64,000 nt of DNA from Elusimicrobiota bacterium (GTDB lineage: Bacteria; Elusimicrobiota; Elusimicrobia; F11). Position 1 is the stretch's first letter, and each line of letters begins with the position of its first letter. Positions 59,329-64,000 of this stretch are shown one piece after another. Location of the stretch: contig JBGAON010000003.1 in assembly GCA_044221725.1 (NCBI GenBank), forward strand, positions 352,001 through 416,000, given 5' to 3'. The notes under the pieces are model-generated. The model ran no database searches. It saw only the letters and a list, made by a program, of their open reading frames with translations, and was not told the DNA's origin. Made by a program: the position numbers and the translations under genes.

Positions 59329-60573
59329 ATGAAAACTTCGCTTAAACCTTTGCCCCTTGCGGGCTTAACAGCGTCTCATATCGCGACTCTTTCGAACGAG
59401 TGGAACGAACCGTCGTGGGTGCTCGACCTGCGTCAGAAAGCGTTCGAGGCTTACAACGCGCTCCCCTGGCCCAACGAAAAAGATGAGAAATGGCGCCGCG
59501 CTCGACTCGAAATGTTGGAGTGGAACACATTGGAGGTTTCCCCTTCGTTTCTTTCGATCACGGGCGCAGAGATTCCAGAAGAGTGCCGCGAACGCGGTGT
59601 GCAATGGATTTCACTGGAAGAAGCGTTTCGATCCGAGCAGGCGCGTCTGCAGCCGGCGTGGGCCGATGCAATTAAGCGCGCCAGCAACAACAAATTCCTT
59701 TTGCTGACGCTCGCCCTCGCAAACGGTGGCGGTTGTTTGATGGTGCCCAAAGGTCAGGTTGTTAAAGCACCGATTTACGTGCCAACAAAATGGACCGAAA
59801 TCCCTGGCGCAAAGTTTCCGCTCTCTTTTGTTTTCGTGGACGAAGCGGCCGAGGTTCATGTGTGGGAAGATTTGCACAAAGAAAGTTCGAGCGCCGACTT
59901 CATTTCAAGCTACACACTGCTCGCGCTTAAAGAAAATGCAAAAGCATCGTGTTATTACCTTCAGCATTGGAACGACAAAACCTGGCATTTCCAGTTTCAG
60001 GAAATTTTGCAGGCACGGTTCAGCCGTTTGAACGCGATCGCCGTTTCGATGGGCGGGCACACGTTCCATAGCGAGACCGTCATGCATCTCCAAGGGCAGG
60101 GTGCCGAAAACAAATTGCTCGGCGTCGTGTTTGGAGACACGCATCAGAATTTTGAAAATTGGATTACCCAAAATCACACGGCGATTAAGACCACCAGCGA
60201 TATTCAGTACCGCGGAGCACTAAAAGGATCATCGCAGTCCTTTTTCTCGGGGCTCGTATCCATCACGAAAGACGCGCAGCAGTCGGATGCGTACCAATCG
60301 GCGAAGAGTTTGCTGTTGTCGCAAGACGCGCGTGCCGATGCGATTCCAAATCTGGAAATTCTGGCCGATGATGTGAAGTGTTCGCACGGCGCGGCGGTTG
60401 GCCCCGTGGATGAAGACCAAAAGTTTTATCTCGAAACACGCGGGATTCCCCCGGCCGAGGCCGAAGAAATTATTATTCAGGGATTCTTTGAGCCTGTGAT
60501 TGCGGAGGTTCCCTCGTCCTCGGTGCAGGACCAATTGCGAAACTTTGTTGAGGAAAAATTGCGGAAGTCATGA
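59329..60573 (+). CDS. sufD: Fe-S assembly protein SufD
   Basis: PNLEILADDVKCSHGA, FYLETRG. Confidence 0.93.
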   Translation: MKTSLKPLPLAGLTASHIATLSNEWNEPSWVLDLRQKAFEAYNALPWPNEKDEKWRRARLEMLEWNTLEVSPSFLSITGAEIPEECRERGVQWISLEEAFRSEQARLQPAWADAIKRASNNKFLLLTLALANGGGCLMVPKGQVVKAPIYVPTKWTEIPGAKFPLSFVFVDEAAEVHVWEDLHKESSSADFISSYTLLALKENAKASCYYLQHWNDKTWHFQFQEILQARFSRLNAIAVSMGGHTFHSETVMHLQGQGAENKLLGVVFGDTHQNFENWITQNHTAIKTTSDIQYRGALKGSSQSFFSGLVSITKDAQQSDAYQSAKSLLLSQDARADAIPNLEILADDVKCSHGAAVGPVDEDQKFYLETRGIPPAEAEEIIIQGFFEPVIAEVPSSSVQDQLRNFVEEKLRKS

Positions 60574-60884
60574 GCACATTGGAATCGGTTGGCAAAAAAG
60601 GTGATTTCAAAGACGGCACGCTTACGGGCGTTCAGGTGAATGGCGAGGCGCTTTGCGTCGCGCGCGCCGGCGAAACGTTTTACGCGTTTGACGACCGTTG
60701 CACGCACGCGCACGTGATGTTGTCGCGCGGCGATTTGGAAGAAAATGAAGTTGTGTGTCCGTTGCACGGGGCTCGCTTTTCGATCAAAACCGGTGAAGCG
60801 CTCACGCCGCCGGCGGTGCGTCCGGTGCGCACGTACGAGGTCGTCGTTCAAGGGGACGACGTCTTCGTTAAATTCGGCTCGTAA
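60570..60884 (+). CDS. Rieske-type ferredoxin
   Basis: CTH...CPLHG. Confidence 0.92.
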   Translation: MSTLESVGKKGDFKDGTLTGVQVNGEALCVARAGETFYAFDDRCTHAHVMLSRGDLEENEVVCPLHGARFSIKTGEALTPPAVRPVRTYEVVVQGDDVFVKFGS

Positions 60885-60894
60885 ACAGGTCGTT

Positions 60895-62142
60895 ATGAAA
60901 TTTGACCCTCAACTTATCCGAAAAGATTTCCCAATCCTTTCTCGAAAAATTGACGGCAAGCCGCTCGTCTATCTTGATAGTGCCGCGACCACTCAAAAAC
61001 CGACGTCCGTGATTGAAGCGCTCGCCGATTTTTATCGGCATACAAACGCGAACATTCACCGCGGCGTCTACACGCTCGCCGAAGAATCGACGGCACGATA
61101 CGAAGACGCGCGAGCACGCGTGGCCAACTTTGTTAACGCGCCCGACAAAGATACGATTATCTTTACGCGAAACACCACCGAGTCGATAAATTTGGTTGCG
61201 CATTCGTGGGCGCGCAAGCACATGAAGCCGGGCGATGAAATTTTGTTGACGGCGCTCGAACATCACGCGAATTTTGTTCCTTGGTACATGCTGGCCAAAG
61301 AAAGGCAGATGGGGCTTAAGATCGTTCCGCTTTTACCGGACACGACCCTCGATATGGCGGCTTTCAAGAAAATGCTCACGCCCAAAGTGAAACTCGTGGC
61401 TGTTACCGCGATGTCGAACGTGCTTGGAACGCTGACACCGGTTGAGGAAATCAGCGCGCTCGCACACGCGAACAATTCGGTGGTGCTTGTGGACGGCGCC
61501 CAATCGGTGCCGCACATGGCGACCGATGTTCAAAAGCTGGGCTGCGATTTCTTTGCTTTCTCCGCGCACAAAATGCTGGGGCCGACCGGCGTCGGCGTGC
61601 TGTGGGTTCGTAAAAATATTCTCGACGCAATGGATCCGTTCATGGGTGGCGGAGAAATGATTAGCGTCGTTTCGGCTGAGAAAACAACGTGGGCGGAAGT
61701 CCCTTTAAAATTTGAAGCGGGCACACCGAATTACGCGGACACGGCGGCGTTCACGGCGTCGCTCGATTACTTGGAAAAGATTGGCATGAACGCTATTCGC
61801 GAGCATGAGAAAGAGCTCGTGGCGTACGCGTTGGAAAAATTGTCCGCTTTGCCGGAGCTCACGATTTATGGGTCCAAAAATCCCGAGCAACAAGGCGGCG
61901 CGATCTCGTTCAATCACAACGTCGTGCACGCGCACGACGTTGGCACTATCCTTGGCGAGCAAGGCGTGGCGATTCGGGTTGGACACCATTGCGCGCAGCC
62001 ACTCATGAAAGTACTCGGTACTTCGTCAACCGCGCGCGCGAGCTTCTATATTTACTCAACAAAAGACGATGTGGATGCGTTGGTTCGCGCTCTTCAGCGC
62101 GTGGACGAAGTTTTCGGCTTGAAAGGATCGGCCCACAAATGA
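60895..62142 (+). CDS. sufS: Cysteine desulfurase SufS
   Basis: YLDSAATTQKP, SAHKMLGP, RVGHHCAQP. Confidence 0.96.
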   Translation: MKFDPQLIRKDFPILSRKIDGKPLVYLDSAATTQKPTSVIEALADFYRHTNANIHRGVYTLAEESTARYEDARARVANFVNAPDKDTIIFTRNTTESINLVAHSWARKHMKPGDEILLTALEHHANFVPWYMLAKERQMGLKIVPLLPDTTLDMAAFKKMLTPKVKLVAVTAMSNVLGTLTPVEEISALAHANNSVVLVDGAQSVPHMATDVQKLGCDFFAFSAHKMLGPTGVGVLWVRKNILDAMDPFMGGGEMISVVSAEKTTWAEVPLKFEAGTPNYADTAAFTASLDYLEKIGMNAIREHEKELVAYALEKLSALPELTIYGSKNPEQQGGAISFNHNVVHAHDVGTILGEQGVAIRVGHHCAQPLMKVLGTSSTARASFYIYSTKDDVDALVRALQRVDEVFGLKGSAHK

Positions 62143-62621
62143 GCCAAGAAAAGATGCAAGGCGGAGCCATGGGCGGTGTAGAAGAACTTTACCGCGAAGT
62201 TATTCTTGATCACTTTAAGTCACCGAAAAACCGCGGTGTGTTGGCGGATCCGAACGCGCATGCCGATGGAATGAATCCGCTTTGCGGAGATCAAATTTCG
62301 ATGACGGCGCGCGTGGAAAATGGTGTGATCAAGGAATTGAAATACGACGGGCACGGCTGCGCAATTTCCCAGTCGGCGGCATCGATGCTCACGGAACTGG
62401 TCAAAGGAAAATCCGTTGACGATGTGCAGGGTTTGACGCACGTTTATAAGCGGATGTTTGGTGTTGAGGAAAAAGATCAGAAAACGAGCTCGTTTGTGAC
62501 CGATGATCTCGGTGATCTGGTGTCTTTGGAAGGTGTGAAGAAATACCCGGTCCGGATTAAGTGTGCGCTGCTATCGGCGAACACATTGCTCGAAAGTTTG
62601 AAAAATTTTTTTACGAAGTGA
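62139..62621 (+). CDS. sufU: SufU (NifU-like) sulfur-transfer protein
   Basis: NPLCGD, GCAISQS, RIKCA. Confidence 0.93.
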   Translation: MSQEKMQGGAMGGVEELYREVILDHFKSPKNRGVLADPNAHADGMNPLCGDQISMTARVENGVIKELKYDGHGCAISQSAASMLTELVKGKSVDDVQGLTHVYKRMFGVEEKDQKTSSFVTDDLGDLVSLEGVKKYPVRIKCALLSANTLLESLKNFFTK

Positions 62622-62629
62622 GGAGTCCT

Positions 62630-63001
62630 ATGAGTGACACAGAGAAACAATTGGAAGAGGCAATCATCGCACGAAAAACAAATCCCGAAGGTTTACCGAC
62701 GCTGCAGGAAATTACCAACGTGTTAATGGCCGTCGAAGATCCCGAGCTTCATATCAATATTGTTGATTTGGGTTTGGTGTACAAAGTTGACCGCGACGAG
62801 AAAATTGGAAAAATCACCGTCGATATGACGCTGACGTCCCCCGCCTGTCCGTATGGTCCGCAATTGCTCGGTCAAACGCATGCAATTCTCGGCCGTTTGC
62901 CGAACGTGAAAGAAGTGAAAATTAATACGGTTTGGTCCCCGAAGTGGGATCCACGCCAACATGCGTCGGAAGTGGCGCAGATGCTATTGGGCTTGATCTA
63001 A
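62630..63001 (+). CDS. DUF59/SufT metal-sulfur cluster biosynthesis protein
   Basis: EDPELHINIVDLGLVY, TLTSPACP, VWSPKW. Confidence 0.9.
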   Translation: MSDTEKQLEEAIIARKTNPEGLPTLQEITNVLMAVEDPELHINIVDLGLVYKVDRDEKIGKITVDMTLTSPACPYGPQLLGQTHAILGRLPNVKEVKINTVWSPKWDPRQHASEVAQMLLGLI

Positions 63002-63013
63002 CCTTCCGTGGAC

Positions 63014-64000
63014 ATGATTTACCTCGATCATAACGCGACGACGCCGGTGCGCGCCGAAGCATTTGAGGCAATGCTGCCGTACCTAAGTGAATTTTATGGG
63101 AACGCGTCGAGCATTCATCAATTGGGGCAGAAAGCGCGCAAGGGCATTGAAGATGCACGCGCGCAGATCGCAAAGTTTATTCATGCCGACAGCCCCGATG
63201 AAATTATTTTTACATCCGGCGGTACCGAGTCAAACGCAACCGTGTTGCGCGGCGTGCTGGAGCAGTTCAAGAACAAAGGACGCCGGATCGTTTCAAGTTC
63301 GATTGAGCACTCCTCAATACGAACGCCACTGCGCGATATGGGCGATAGCGGCGAGATTGATTACGTGGTTGTTCCGGTGCAATCGAACGGGATCACGCGC
63401 GTGGCCGACGTCGTCGATGCGTTGTCTCCCGACACGATTCTCGTTTCCATCATGACGGCCAACAACGAGGTCGGCACATTTCAGCCCATCAAAGAGATTT
63501 CGGAGATTTGCAAGAAGAAAGGCGTGTTGTTGCACACCGACGCGGTGCAGTTGGCTGGCAAGCACGACGTGAACGTGAACGAGTTGGGCGTGGATATGCT
63601 GTCGTTGTCCGGACACAAGTTTGGTTCGCCAAAAGGAACGGGCGTGCTGTATGTTCGCAAGGGAACGCGAATGTCGGCTCTCATTCGAGGCGGCAAACAA
63701 GAGAAGAATCGTCGTGGTGGAACCGAAAACGTCCCGGGAATCGTGGCGATGGCAGCCGCCGCGCAAATGGCGATGGTGGATCTCGTTGCCGAGCAAGCGC
63801 GCATCAAAAAATTGCGCGATCTTTTTGAAGAGCTGGTTTTAGCGAGTCTTACGCATGTGACCGTGAACGGAGATCGTGAACGCCGCACCTGCAACACGTC
63901 GAACCTTTGTTTCGAATTTACCGATAGTTCGGAAATGCTCATGGCGCTGGATCTGAAAGGCGTCGCCTGCTCAACTGGAAGTGCATGCCAAGCAGGAAGT
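63014..64000 (+). CDS. iscS: IscS/NifS-type cysteine desulfurase, truncated at the window end
   Basis: Manual translation MIYLDHNATTP...GNASSIH...TSGGTES...HTDAVQ...SGHKFGSPKG...STGSAC. Confidence 0.93.
   Translation, partial: MIYLDHNATTPVRAEAFEAMLPYLSEFYGNASSIHQLGQKARKGIEDARAQIAKFIHADSPDEIIFTSGGTESNATVLRGVLEQFKNKGRRIVSSSIEHSSIRTPLRDMGDSGEIDYVVVPVQSNGITRVADVVDALSPDTILVSIMTANNEVGTFQPIKEISEICKKKGVLLHTDAVQLAGKHDVNVNELGVDMLSLSGHKFGSPKGTGVLYVRKGTRMSALIRGGKQEKNRRGGTENVPGIVAMAAAAQMAMVDLVAEQARIKKLRDLFEELVLASLTHVTVNGDRERRTCNTSNLCFEFTDSSEMLMALDLKGVACSTGSACQAGS

Overview
Chromosomal window from a diderm bacterium. Gene content and order suggest Elusimicrobiota or a related understudied phylum (inference only). 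Genes run mostly on + from 1.3 to 30.3 kb: GATase, era, groES/EL, valS, MerR-REC, SWIB, SDR, GGDEF, lexA with an ImuA/ImuY-like gene, a GT-C/PA14 island, a type III PKS-methyltransferase-FAD oxidoreductase-glycolipid cluster, a Xre-RES toxin-antitoxin pair, two tRNAs, an RpoS-like sigma factor, apt and two porins. They run on - from 30.3 to 55.8 kb: xerC, fur, a peptidoglycan-recycling cluster, an Omp85 fusion, rpsA, the aro/tyr/phe operon, pilT, ftsZAQ, ddl and a fused murC-murB. A + strand Rrf2-suf-iscS operon ends the window. Five non-annotated signals stand out. (1) A 28-bp dif-like site lies at the strand switch and overlaps the predicted xerC promoter. (2) A candidate new SOS box, CTAC-N4-GTAG, lies in the lexA promoter. 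(3) A small palindromic repeat family (CCNCCGTAGC-loop-GCGAAGGNGG) occurs in frame inside valS and an oxidoreductase, inside a terminator, and as a doublet flanked by a duplicated tRNA-Pro 3' end. (4) Leaderless-type promoters recur throughout. (5) A gene is bracketed by a duplicated promoter. No CRISPR array, rRNA, transposase or prophage was seen.
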